This document shows, piece after piece, positions 1 to 8,048 of a stretch of 64,000 bases of DNA. Under the pieces are notes generated by a model. That model saw only the letters and a list, made by a program, of their open reading frames with translations, was not told the DNA's origin and did not search any database. The stretch covers positions 2,231-66,230 of the forward strand of contig JAJDBX010000005.1 in NCBI GenBank assembly GCA_029261135.1. The letters run 5' to 3'. Each line of letters starts with the position of its first letter. Positions within the stretch are counted from its first letter, which is position 1. Both the position numbers and the translations under genes were made by a program. Source of the stretch: Nitrospirota bacterium. Its GTDB lineage: Bacteria > Nitrospirota > Nitrospiria > SBBL01 > JAADHI01.

Positions 1-1121
1 GTGGCGGTGGGACGGGCGACACGCGGAAAGAAGGTGACGGGACTTGTGGTACGGTTCCCTGTCGCGTCTGTACAATTTTTGGGCGCAGCTACGGCGGGAT
101 TAATAACACAGGGCTGCTCTCCGACAGGAGGCGTCACATCAGTGTGAGGTGTCCCATCATCATCGACGACAAGCACAAGCAGATGCTCCCCCCCCGGTAT
201 CAGGGTGGGAGGCTGAAAACCACCCGGTGGAGGAAAGATGACTTGAACCGAGGTAGCGCAGGGGCTTCCACCCACAGTAGTATCTGCATCGGTGCCGTCG
301 AGACACGAACCGTCAGAACCCACAGCGACGTTGCCCACAATACAGGCACTGGTCAGGCGCTTCCAGTTAAAGGGATTGGCCTGGTCTGGATCATTGATAT
401 AAGTGAGCAGCGAAGCCCGGACACAGCCGGGCGCGGCCACGGCCAAGTCCGTGCTGGATTGATTTCGTATAGTCACCCCCCAGCCGTCCACATTCACCTG
501 CCAGTCGTCTGGGCTAAGTTCAGTGCTGATATCGGCATCATAGACACCCGTTCCGCCGATTCCTCCATCGGCGCCGAGGCTCTTTACGGTAAAGGTCGCT
601 GGAGGCGGGGTCGGATCATTAACCTTCCAGCCGTAATTTGGGAGGGCGGCGACATTCCAACCATCATAAAAGGCGACAACCGTACCGGGTGGCGATGTCA
701 GATAACTCCCTCCGCGATAACCTTTAAAAAGCTGTTCTCCAGAGGCAGAAAGTGGTATCCCCGCGTCGTCATTGATGCCGGTGACAGCATCCGGCTTAGG
801 GTCAAAAATCGGGTTCTTTAACTCATAACTGTCAAAATCTGTGGGTTTCATCAACAACCCCTGAATGTCATCAGGCAGCAGGCCATTATCCGCCGAATAA
901 CCCGATAATAAGCGCTGTCCGTTGTAAACCGCGCCCGTCTCTCCGATCACCGCACGGCGGATCAAATCCAAACGGCGACGGGTGTCTTCAAAACGGACTT
1001 GATTGTCTTTGTTGTCTACAATATCAATTGCGGAAAACGCGAGCGTGGAGAGAATCAGGACCACCAGCATCATTTCGAGCAGGGAGAAACCGCTTTGTGA
1101 AAACATGATTTTTCGGGTCAT
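1..1121 (-). CDS. Prepilin-type N-terminal cleavage/methylation protein (large pseudopilin-like), runs off the window start
   Basis: Not in the ORF track. Manual translation from ATG 1121 (or 1106): MTRKIMFSQSG|FSLLEMMLVVLILSTLAFSAIDIVDNKDNQVRFEDTRRRLDLIRRAVIGE... It has a class III signal (G|F-x-x-x-E5) and a later SLGADG motif like GspG, and stays open to position 1. Confidence 0.85.
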   Translation of the reverse strand, partial: MTRKIMFSQSGFSLLEMMLVVLILSTLAFSAIDIVDNKDNQVRFEDTRRRLDLIRRAVIGETGAVYNGQRLLSGYSADNGLLPDDIQGLLMKPTDFDSYELKNPIFDPKPDAVTGINDDAGIPLSASGEQLFKGYRGGSYLTSPPGTVVAFYDGWNVAALPNYGWKVNDPTPPPATFTVKSLGADGGIGGTGVYDADISTELSPDDWQVNVDGWGVTIRNQSSTDLAVAAPGCVRASLLTYINDPDQANPFNWKRLTSACIVGNVAVGSDGSCLDGTDADTTVGGSPCATSVQVIFPPPGGFQPPTLIPGGEHLLVLVVDDDGTPHTDVTPPVGEQPCVINPAVAAPKNCTDATGNRTTSPVTFFPRVARPTA

Positions 1122-1131
1122 TTTAATGGGA

Positions 1132-1662
1132 TCAATCTTCTTTATCTTTTTCGGCGGGTTTGTCGATGTCCTCAAACCAGGTCTTCAGCGCGGCGGAAAA
1201 CTGCTGCCATTCCGTGTGACGGTCAAAATCACTCACCAGGATACCGGGGCCGTATTTTGAGTTATAAACATGATAGCCGTAGAGGGTCACGCGGTCATCA
1301 ACAGACAAAGCGGCGAGTGCGCGTTTTGCCGTCTGATCTTCCATATAAACATTAAGTTGATGTCCCTTGAGTGAATGGATATCCAGCCCATGGGTCACTG
1401 CCGGCATCCGATTAAGTCCCCAACCCTCAAGCACATGCATTAAATAATGGGTCTTGCGCACCTTCGGCGGCGCGGCCACTTGGGCTTCGATCTGAATCAA
1501 AGGGAGCGGCAGTAATTCCACGGAGCCCTTCTGCCCCGGGGTGCCGTGTTCGATCATCTTGTCCAGATCCCGCGGGCTGAAGTCGGCGGAGTCGCCGGAA
1601 GCGCGTCCCGTCGATACGATCGTCAGCAGCAGACTTGATATCAATATCATTCGTTTCATCAT
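1132..1662 (-). CDS. Hypothetical exported protein in the pilin-like operon
   Basis: 176 aa with an N-terminal signal-peptide-like segment (MKRMILISSLLLTIVSTGRAS). Tightly packed between two prepilin genes on the same strand. Confidence 0.7.
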   Translation of the reverse strand: MMKRMILISSLLLTIVSTGRASGDSADFSPRDLDKMIEHGTPGQKGSVELLPLPLIQIEAQVAAPPKVRKTHYLMHVLEGWGLNRMPAVTHGLDIHSLKGHQLNVYMEDQTAKRALAALSVDDRVTLYGYHVYNSKYGPGILVSDFDRHTEWQQFSAALKTWFEDIDKPAEKDKED

Positions 1663-1696
1663 TTAAGTCTTCCCGCCTTTACGGCACGTTGTGCCC

Positions 1697-2470
1697 CTAT
1701 CGCAATAAACAAACCAGGAGATCATCTTCCTGGGGCGCACAGAGATTACAAGAATCGGTCGCACCACAGGTTACATTGCCGTCATAACGGCCATTCGGCC
1801 CCATGCTCATGAGACGCGCCCTATTTTCGTCACCCATTTCAAACATCAGGTAGGGTCGGCCGTGACGCTCATGCGCCTTGTCGCCGTCTCCATCATCTCC
1901 GTCTTTGTCATCATCAAGGGTGCGCCAGTCCAAGAGGCAAGTGTTATTGTCAACATCCTCTTCACAAGCCGCGTAGGAACCCGGTACCGCCGGAAACGCA
2001 GAAAAGGGATCGGCCACACCGCGAATATCTTGAACCTGAGCCCCGGTAACAGGTGATCCCCCGCCGTTGCTCAGCAGATCCGCACCGATGTCGGTATACC
2101 CTTCGCCCAGAGCACTCAAATACGGCCCGCGCCAGCCGCGCCGATTATCTGGATTCCAGAGGTTGGGCAGAACCACATCACCATAAAGTTCCAAAAAATC
2201 AGCCGGATTTGCCGGATTCGGCAGCGTCCCCATGTCGAGGCGGAACTGAAGGATCGCAGCTTTCACTTTCTGCATTTCATTCAAGGCCACGCTTCCCTTC
2301 GCTTTCTCCGCCGTCTCTCCCTGTTTAAAGATCATGCCGCCCGCCACGACCGCTAATATCGCGACGACGATCATTAATTCCAAAAGGCTGAAACCCGCCT
2401 GCCCGCGCACGAGCCGCAAAATACGGGGTGCCTCTATATTCATTGCCCGACCTGTCAACCGTTTGATCAT
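1697..2470 (-). CDS. Prepilin-type / GspG-like pseudopilin
   Basis: QAG|FSLLELMIVVAILAVVAGG; GWRGPYL, DPF, GRPY and SMGPNG motifs resemble T2SS major pseudopilins; Asp-rich loop and Cys pairs. Confidence 0.85.
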   Translation of the reverse strand: MIKRLTGRAMNIEAPRILRLVRGQAGFSLLELMIVVAILAVVAGGMIFKQGETAEKAKGSVALNEMQKVKAAILQFRLDMGTLPNPANPADFLELYGDVVLPNLWNPDNRRGWRGPYLSALGEGYTDIGADLLSNGGGSPVTGAQVQDIRGVADPFSAFPAVPGSYAACEEDVDNNTCLLDWRTLDDDKDGDDGDGDKAHERHGRPYLMFEMGDENRARLMSMGPNGRYDGNVTCGATDSCNLCAPQEDDLLVCLLR

Positions 2471-2490
2471 TCAATCTCGAATAGCGGAGA

Positions 2491-2532
2491 AGCACCGGGC
2501 GGGAAAGGGGGTGGAGAAAACCGCCCGGCGCT
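2491..2532 (-). terminator. Intercistronic stem-loop (mRNA stabiliser or partial terminator)
   Basis: AGCACCGGGCGG ... CCGCCCGGCGCT. Fully paired (one G-U) on the minus-strand transcript, directly after the first pilin gene, with a poor U-tract. Confidence 0.55.
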
Positions 2533-2553
2533 AAACACAGACTACGAGCCTGC

Positions 2554-3648
2554 TTAGGTCTTCTGTCCCGTGAACTCGGCCATCTCCTCGTCAAGGAAAT
2601 CACCCCGTGCATCAAGCACGGCCACGACGGTCGCGACGGTCGCGGGGAAGTGATCAGCAGGAAGAACAGTCGCCAAATCACCATCCAGATCGCGCCCTAG
2701 ATTCACCAGAATGGTGTAGTGGCTGTATTTATCCCGTCCAATTTGGCCCGCATAAAACGGCGCTTTGGCAAAGGGCGAACTTGGAAGGCCAACGGCATCG
2801 GAAGCCTGACCCAGGCCTAAACCGATCAGCACATCCGTTGCCCCGGCACCGACTTTTACGTTGTTATACCCATCTGTCCCACGATCCCAAACCATCAGCG
2901 CCGGAGTGGTCGCTCCGCCGAAATCGATGGTTCGCGCAAAACCCCTGCCGCGATTACGCTGACCCAAAAGACCTGGACGAGGGCCTTCAAAGGCATGATT
3001 GGGAATATTGTTTTCCGCCAGGGAAGCCTGGGGGAAAGGCGCCGTCGCAGAGGTGGGTCCTTTCGCCAACGCTGGAGTTAATGGATCTGTATCACAGGAT
3101 TCGCCGTCCGCATAACGCAGTGAGGTAATCCCCGCGGTAATGAGTGCCTGTCCCATACCAGTCGGTATTGAAACGAGGTTGAATTTGTTGGCGATGTTTG
3201 CGCCTAAACCGCCGCCGACACCCGGCAGATCACTTAATCCACCAAATTTAGAGGCTTGGGTTGTCGCTGCCCAGGTAGCGGGTGCGGGACCGTTGATAAT
3301 ACCAAGGCCTATTGTCGGATGCGCTGCCAGTGCAAAATCGAGACAGGTCAGCGACTCCAAGTTATTTGGAATCACGCCGTTCACGGCAACTTGAATACGC
3401 ATGGCATCTTCAATTCCCGCAATGGTTTGTGTTGCCACACCTCGACCCGCCTTCGCTTCCTGACCGCCGAAGGAGGAAATCATCGCACCGCCGATGACGG
3501 CAATAATCCCGACCACCACCAACATTTCAAGCAGGGTAAATCCATGCTCGTTGTTGATCAGGCGTAGAGCGCTTTGTTTTGGTTTTTTGTTTTGAACGGT
3601 TTTGTTCTGAATGTCTTCATCCTGAAGACTTTTGACTGTGTTTCTCAT
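2554..3648 (-). CDS. Large prepilin-type protein (364 aa), probable major subunit of the cluster
   Basis: NEHG|FTLLEMLVVVGIIAVIGGAMISSF class III signal; strong SD (AAGGAG) upstream; first pilin gene of the operon. Confidence 0.85.
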   Translation of the reverse strand: MRNTVKSLQDEDIQNKTVQNKKPKQSALRLINNEHGFTLLEMLVVVGIIAVIGGAMISSFGGQEAKAGRGVATQTIAGIEDAMRIQVAVNGVIPNNLESLTCLDFALAAHPTIGLGIINGPAPATWAATTQASKFGGLSDLPGVGGGLGANIANKFNLVSIPTGMGQALITAGITSLRYADGESCDTDPLTPALAKGPTSATAPFPQASLAENNIPNHAFEGPRPGLLGQRNRGRGFARTIDFGGATTPALMVWDRGTDGYNNVKVGAGATDVLIGLGLGQASDAVGLPSSPFAKAPFYAGQIGRDKYSHYTILVNLGRDLDGDLATVLPADHFPATVATVVAVLDARGDFLDEEMAEFTGQKT

Positions 3649-3808
3649 TTGAATCTCCTTTTAATAAGTTAATGTGAATGAGCCACTCTACCCACAAGAG
3701 CTGGACTCACGGTGTTACTTGGTCTGTGCGGGATACTACGCCGTGTGGACCCACTCCACCACGTCAAAAAACAATGCCTAAACAAATCGGGCTCCATAAC
3801 AAAAGCCA

Positions 3809-4228
3809 TCACACTGTCGGGCGTAACGCCCCAAAATACCGACGCCGATCACCTCCGATGCGGCGTTCCAATTTGAGATTTCTGGCATCGACCGATTGCC
3901 CTCTCCGTTCGATACCATTGCGGCGCTCTTCTCCAAGCCACTGAGGCAGTGCTTTCATCACATCTTTTCTTTGCACGCGATATCCGATATCAAGATCCCG
4001 GCCATCGACGACAAAACGATACTGCTTGCCACAACTGAGGACGACTTCCTTCTGTCCCTGACGTAAAAGACGGATTTCGAGCTTGATTTCGCCATAACCA
4101 TTGTGCCTGACAAGGTCCTCGTACAAATGGATAAATTGATCCAGCACCTTACGACTGGTCATCACCGCAGTGGACATAGACTTTCTCCTTTTCTCCGTGC
4201 CTGTTCTCATATTCGAGCCCTGTAACAT
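3809..4228 (-). CDS. Small hypothetical protein with a compact N-terminal domain and C-terminal Arg-rich ERR/DRR repeats
   Basis: GGGGAG SD upstream. HNGYGEIKLEIRLLRQGQKEVVLSCGKQYRFVVD core, then WLGEERRNGIERR...LERRIGGDRRRY. The true start could be an internal Met. Confidence 0.7.
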   Translation of the reverse strand: MLQGSNMRTGTEKRRKSMSTAVMTSRKVLDQFIHLYEDLVRHNGYGEIKLEIRLLRQGQKEVVLSCGKQYRFVVDGRDLDIGYRVQRKDVMKALPQWLGEERRNGIERRGQSVDARNLKLERRIGGDRRRYFGALRPTV

Positions 4229-4271
4229 CTGAAATTTTCACTCCCCAGATCGTGCGCCCGCCGGGCGCATC

Positions 4272-4318
4272 AAAAATAAAAAAAGCCCGGAACGGTTTTT
4301 AAACCGTTCCGGGCTTTT
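4272..4318 (-). terminator. Intrinsic terminator inside the operon leader
   Basis: Perfect 18-bp inverted repeat AAAAGCCCGGAACGGTTT-TT-AAACCGTTCCGGGCTTTT with a long U-tract on the minus strand, ~45 nt upstream of the ATG at 4228. Confidence 0.85.
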
Positions 4319-4372
4319 GGACGCTTAAAGTGAGATCGCTAGCCGCTCTTTAATCTTATTTTACAGAATCAA

Positions 4373-4389
4373 TTGATAATGATTCTCAA
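4373..4389. promoter_or_regulatory. Fur box
   Basis: TTGATAATGATTCTCAA; one mismatch to the 7-1-7 consensus TGATAATnATTATCA; just downstream of the predicted TSS. Confidence 0.8.
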
Positions 4390-4400
4390 AACTGTTTTCA

Positions 4401-4430
4401 ACAATAGCCGACGCAGAGGATTCTTGTCAA
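4401..4430 (-). promoter_or_regulatory. Sigma70-type promoter of the leader / pilin-like operon
   Basis: Minus strand TTGACA (4430-4425), 18-nt spacer, TATTGT (4406-4401). Confidence 0.65.
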
Positions 4431-4638
4431 GCACTCGTTTAATTTTTTTCGATGAAAATAATACGATCATTTTTAATCACCGGTCAGGTTATCCACCCCT
4501 TTCATGCCCACGCGATACAATAAGAACCCGGATGGACTACGGGAGTAGATAAGTTTACTTTTGAGAACAGATCTAGGCGATGGCTAAAATACTTCTCTAT
4601 ATATAAATTGCAAAGTCCGTGTTTTCCTTTAAAGATAG

Positions 4639-4675
4639 AAAAAGCCCAGAACAATAAAAAATTGTCCTGGGCTTT
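4639..4675 (-). terminator. Intrinsic terminator downstream of the ferritin-like gene
   Basis: AAAGCCCAGAACAAT-AAAAA-ATTGTCCTGGGCTTT inverted repeat with U-run on the minus strand. Confidence 0.65.
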
Positions 4676-4753
4676 AATTCCTAAAAAACGAGACCGCAAT
4701 CAACTCTGAATGACTCAAGATATATTAATCGTAATCCTCACATCGCTTTTTTT

Positions 4754-5224
4754 CTAGGACTGTGGACTGGAAAAAGCCCTGATTTCTCCCGGCCTGCGCA
4801 TCATCTTATCCACTTCCCCCTGGTGCATTTCTTCTTCGGTGATCATGCGCCGTGCATAGTCCTCCAACAATACGGAATGCCCTTCAACCAAGGCCAAAAG
4901 TTCTCGGTAGGTTTGAAGTGCCACGCCTTCGTGCGTCAAAGACTCGTGAAGGATATCGCCGATGTCATGCTGTTCGGTCTCCAGCAGGGGGCCGATCGCC
5001 AATGAAGGATGTCCGCCCAAATGCGTAATAAGTTCGCCAGCCTCCTGAGCATGCCCCAGGGATTGCACGGCCTGCTCACGCATCCAGGCGATGATGGGAA
5101 TCCGGTTATAACCGTAGACCATTAAGGCGTAGTGCGTGTAGCGCACGACCCCCGCAAGCTCCAGTTCCAAAATCCGGTTTAGTTTCTCAGTCGCGGCATT
5201 TTTGTCCAGTGTTTTTTCGTTCAT
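4754..5224 (-). CDS. Bacterioferritin-like ferritin-superfamily protein
   Basis: LNRILELELAGVVRYTHY...HAQEAGELITHLGGHP...EEEMH. Start placed at ATG 5224 (SD GGAGGG) rather than 5440. Confidence 0.85.
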   Translation of the reverse strand: MNEKTLDKNAATEKLNRILELELAGVVRYTHYALMVYGYNRIPIIAWMREQAVQSLGHAQEAGELITHLGGHPSLAIGPLLETEQHDIGDILHESLTHEGVALQTYRELLALVEGHSVLLEDYARRMITEEEMHQGEVDKMMRRPGEIRAFSSPQS

Positions 5225-5255
5225 GGGTTCCCTCCATATGTATTTAACTTTTGCC

Positions 5256-5284
5256 ACAATATCGATAATAATTATCTTTTGCAA
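5256..5284 (-). promoter_or_regulatory. Sigma70 promoter with a Fur/PerR-family palindrome in the spacer
   Basis: TTGCAA - 17 nt - TATTGT on the minus strand; the spacer holds GATAAT-A-ATTATC (5264-5276). Confidence 0.65.
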
Positions 5285-5451
5285 TATCTTAGAGATGAAT
5301 ACCGATTTTGGCTTGGACTGACCTCCTCGCTTAAAATTCTTCACTTTTAGATGAGTCGAAAAGTTGTCTAAATGCATGTGAGACCTTCGATGTTTTAAGA
5401 AAGTTTCAATGTGAAGGTTACTGGAAGAAAGCGTGAGCAAAACTCAGAAAT

Positions 5452-7071
5452 CTAAAAATTGATCGAAAAGTGATCGCCCAAAAGGACTTGATTCATTCGC
5501 GAGTGTTGCGGGGGATAATCTTTATTTCTATCAGGGAAATCTTCCCGAAAGTGCGCCCCGAGACTCTCTCGGCGGTTTAATGCAGACTCAATCAACACAG
5601 CTGAGGCTGCTAACATGTTTCCTGTTTCAATCGCTAACCGCGACAGGGGCGGATTTTTCAAAATATCTCGCCAGGGCTGCCATGCGTCAATCGCACGTCT
5701 GATCGATTGCTCATTGCGTATCACACCGAGGTTTTGCCACATAAAAACCTTTATTGATTTTTGAATGGCATGATAGGCTTCGGGCCACTTTAGGGTCTCC
5801 TGCTCAAAAACGGTTTGTGAATCTGCTAAAGGAAGATCGGCTGAGCTCGACTGAGATGACGACACTTTTTCGAGGGCATCACCAACACGGGCGCCAAAAA
5901 CCAGTCCTTCCAAAAGCGAATTGCTTGCAAGCCGGTTTGCGCCATGCACCCCTGTCGAAGCGACTTCTCCCACGGCAAAAAGCCCCGACACATTGGTCTG
6001 CCCGTTCAAATCTGTTTTAATTCCCCCCATCATGTAATGGGCGCTGGGTGCAACCGGCACCTTTTCGCTAACCATGTCGATGCCATAACGTAGACAGGTC
6101 GCATAAATCATGGGAAAACGTTCGCGGACAAAATGAGGGTTCAGATGGGTAACATCAAGAAAAACATGATCGGTATTGCTTTGCCGGATTTCACCTAAGA
6201 TTGCACGCGAAACCAAATCACGCGGCGCCAACTCCGCATCCGGGTGATAGCGATCCATAAAACGCTTCCCTTCAGCATTTCGTAGTCGCCCGCCTTCCCC
6301 TCGAATCGCTTCAGAGAGCAGAAAAGAGGGTGCATCTGGGAGTGCCAAGGCCGTCGGATGGAATTGGTAAAATTCCATGTCTTCCAATTCCGCGCCCGCT
6401 TTAAGTGCCATCGCAATGCCATCCCCAGTTGCAACAGGCGGATTGGTGGTCCGCTGAAAAATCTGTCCGACACCCCCTGTCGCGAGTATGACCGCTTTAG
6501 AAAAAAAGCGCCGTAAAATATTTTTTTCTTCATCAAGGACGACAACCCCATGACAAATAGGCCGGGAAGGCTCGGGATAAGCTGTTAAAAGTTGAACGGT
6601 AAAATGACCATTTAAGGTCAGGATATTTTTATTGGAGGCAATAGCCCTCTGGAGTGTTTTGACAATTTCATTCCCGGTGGCATCTCCGCGTGCGCGTAAA
6701 ATACGATTTTTGCTATGTGCCCCTTCTCGCGTCAGTAAAAAATCATCCCCGACCTTGTCAAAAGATACGCCCCATTCCAACAATTCCTGAATACGCAGAG
6801 GCCCCTCAGAAACCATCACCTTCACAGCCGCTTCCCGACAGAGCCCTTTGCCGGCGATAATCGTATCTTCAAAATGCGATTGAATCTCGCTCGGGGCTTC
6901 ATCCAGGGCCGAGGCAATACCACCCTGGGCAAATTTTGAGCTGGATTCCCCTTTTAAGCCCTTATTGAGGATGGTGACTTGGCCGAAGCGGCTTGCGCCA
7001 ATCGCCGCACGAAGCCCGGCAATGCCACCGCCGATAATGAGGAAGTCTGTGTGAATATCAGCACTCGGCAT
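5452..7071 (-). CDS. nadB: L-aspartate oxidase
   Basis: GGGIAG FAD motif, AQGGIA, EGAHS, QFHPT, ELAPRD, HYMMGG, GVHGANRLASNSLLE. Confidence 0.95.
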   Translation of the reverse strand: MPSADIHTDFLIIGGGIAGLRAAIGASRFGQVTILNKGLKGESSSKFAQGGIASALDEAPSEIQSHFEDTIIAGKGLCREAAVKVMVSEGPLRIQELLEWGVSFDKVGDDFLLTREGAHSKNRILRARGDATGNEIVKTLQRAIASNKNILTLNGHFTVQLLTAYPEPSRPICHGVVVLDEEKNILRRFFSKAVILATGGVGQIFQRTTNPPVATGDGIAMALKAGAELEDMEFYQFHPTALALPDAPSFLLSEAIRGEGGRLRNAEGKRFMDRYHPDAELAPRDLVSRAILGEIRQSNTDHVFLDVTHLNPHFVRERFPMIYATCLRYGIDMVSEKVPVAPSAHYMMGGIKTDLNGQTNVSGLFAVGEVASTGVHGANRLASNSLLEGLVFGARVGDALEKVSSSQSSSADLPLADSQTVFEQETLKWPEAYHAIQKSIKVFMWQNLGVIRNEQSIRRAIDAWQPWRDILKNPPLSRLAIETGNMLAASAVLIESALNRRESLGAHFREDFPDRNKDYPPQHSRMNQVLLGDHFSINF

Positions 7072-7079
7072 CTACGACC

Positions 7080-7571
7080 CTATCGGAGGCCTGCGAGACC
7101 CCTAAAAGGAGAATCCCCGCGAACCTCTGTTAATTTAGGATTATCTCTGTCCTCCCAGAAAAAGATGACGCCTCCTTGTCTCTCAATGGGATCAGGCTCT
7201 GAATCGGCCTTCCACAGGCCTCGCCAGCGCAGCGTTGTCTTAAATGAGTTCTCTTCAATTTCAACACGTTCAATGACGAAAGAAAGCTGCGTTTTGGAGT
7301 ACTGTTTAAAATCTTGGAGAATCTTTTCCCGAACAGAGTCGAGTAAAGTTGAGCTTGCATCGAGCGTCGCAAAAATCATTCTTTCATCCCTACTTTCATA
7401 GGCCTTTGAAAATTCCTTGAGACGTTCTTGAATGCGCCCTACCTGCTTCGCCACAGGCGAAGGTTTCTTCGGATCAGAAGCACAGGCCGTCATGATGAAA
7501 AAAGAGAGGCTGAATAACAGGATTTTAAAAACCACCTGATTTTTCAAAAATGGGTTCAGAAAGTTTTTCAC
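7080..7571 (-). CDS. Hypothetical lipoprotein
   Basis: Lipobox FFIMTA|C. Start reassigned to the in-frame GTG at 7571, 6 nt downstream of a TATAAT box. Confidence 0.65.
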   Translation of the reverse strand: MKNFLNPFLKNQVVFKILLFSLSFFIMTACASDPKKPSPVAKQVGRIQERLKEFSKAYESRDERMIFATLDASSTLLDSVREKILQDFKQYSKTQLSFVIERVEIEENSFKTTLRWRGLWKADSEPDPIERQGGVIFFWEDRDNPKLTEVRGDSPFRGLAGLR

Positions 7572-7730
7572 GGGCAAATTATAGTGCAAAGTAAGAAAAG
7601 CGGTCAAGTTCGAGAACAAGCCCTTCCGTTCCGAGGCGAAAAACCCCCTCACAGAACAATATCGGGACTCAATTTTGTCATAATCTTGACAGAATGGATT
7701 AAAAAAGATAGCTTAAATGCCGAGGTTTCT

Positions 7731-8000
7731 ATGGCGAATTTACAAAGAAAAGGTTCGATGTTTTTATTTTTCACCCTGCTGGGAGGGATATCCGGAGGGA
7801 TACTTTCAGAAATCCTTGACCGGTTTACTTCTGCTGGATTTGTTCGCGATATATTCCTGAAAGGTTTTAAGATCGGCTTGACCCCGCCAGTCACTATAGA
7901 TCTTCACATGCTTGCATTTACTTTTGGCTTTACCTTGCAGGTCAACTTGCTCACCCTGCTTGGCGTGATATTGGGGATCTATACTTACAGACAAGCCTAA
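7731..8000 (+). CDS. DUF4321-like small membrane protein
   Basis: Two hydrophobic segments, PVTIDLHMLAFTFGFTLQVNLLTLLG; SD GAGG and TTGACA promoter upstream. Confidence 0.75.
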   Translation: MANLQRKGSMFLFFTLLGGISGGILSEILDRFTSAGFVRDIFLKGFKIGLTPPVTIDLHMLAFTFGFTLQVNLLTLLGVILGIYTYRQA

Positions 8001-8048
8001 AACCACCGATTCCCCCAAAAAATACGGCGTTCTCTTTAATTTTCTTCT

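Larger units (their letters stand above)
4272..4394 (-). ncRNA. Candidate Fur-regulated small RNA or attenuator leader (~120 nt)
   Basis: Bounded by a sigma70 promoter with a Fur box and an intrinsic terminator. Internal hairpin UUAAAGAG...CUCACUUUAA; no ORF. Confidence 0.5.

Noticed and set aside
144-821. 225-aa plus-strand ORF from the track
   Set aside because: Antisense shadow of the minus-strand prepilin gene (1-1121), which carries the recognisable motif.
3690-3770. Possible structured RNA between the small regulator and the first pilin gene
   Set aside because: Only a short imperfect stem (CACGGTGT/ACGCCGTG) that pairs better on the non-transcribed strand; no recognisable motif.
4489-4497. 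DnaA-box-like TTATCCACC
   Set aside because: A single imperfect box with no cluster or oriC context.
5225-5440. N-terminal extension of the ferritin-like ORF
   Set aside because: It spans the promoter and operator; the SD supports ATG 5224.
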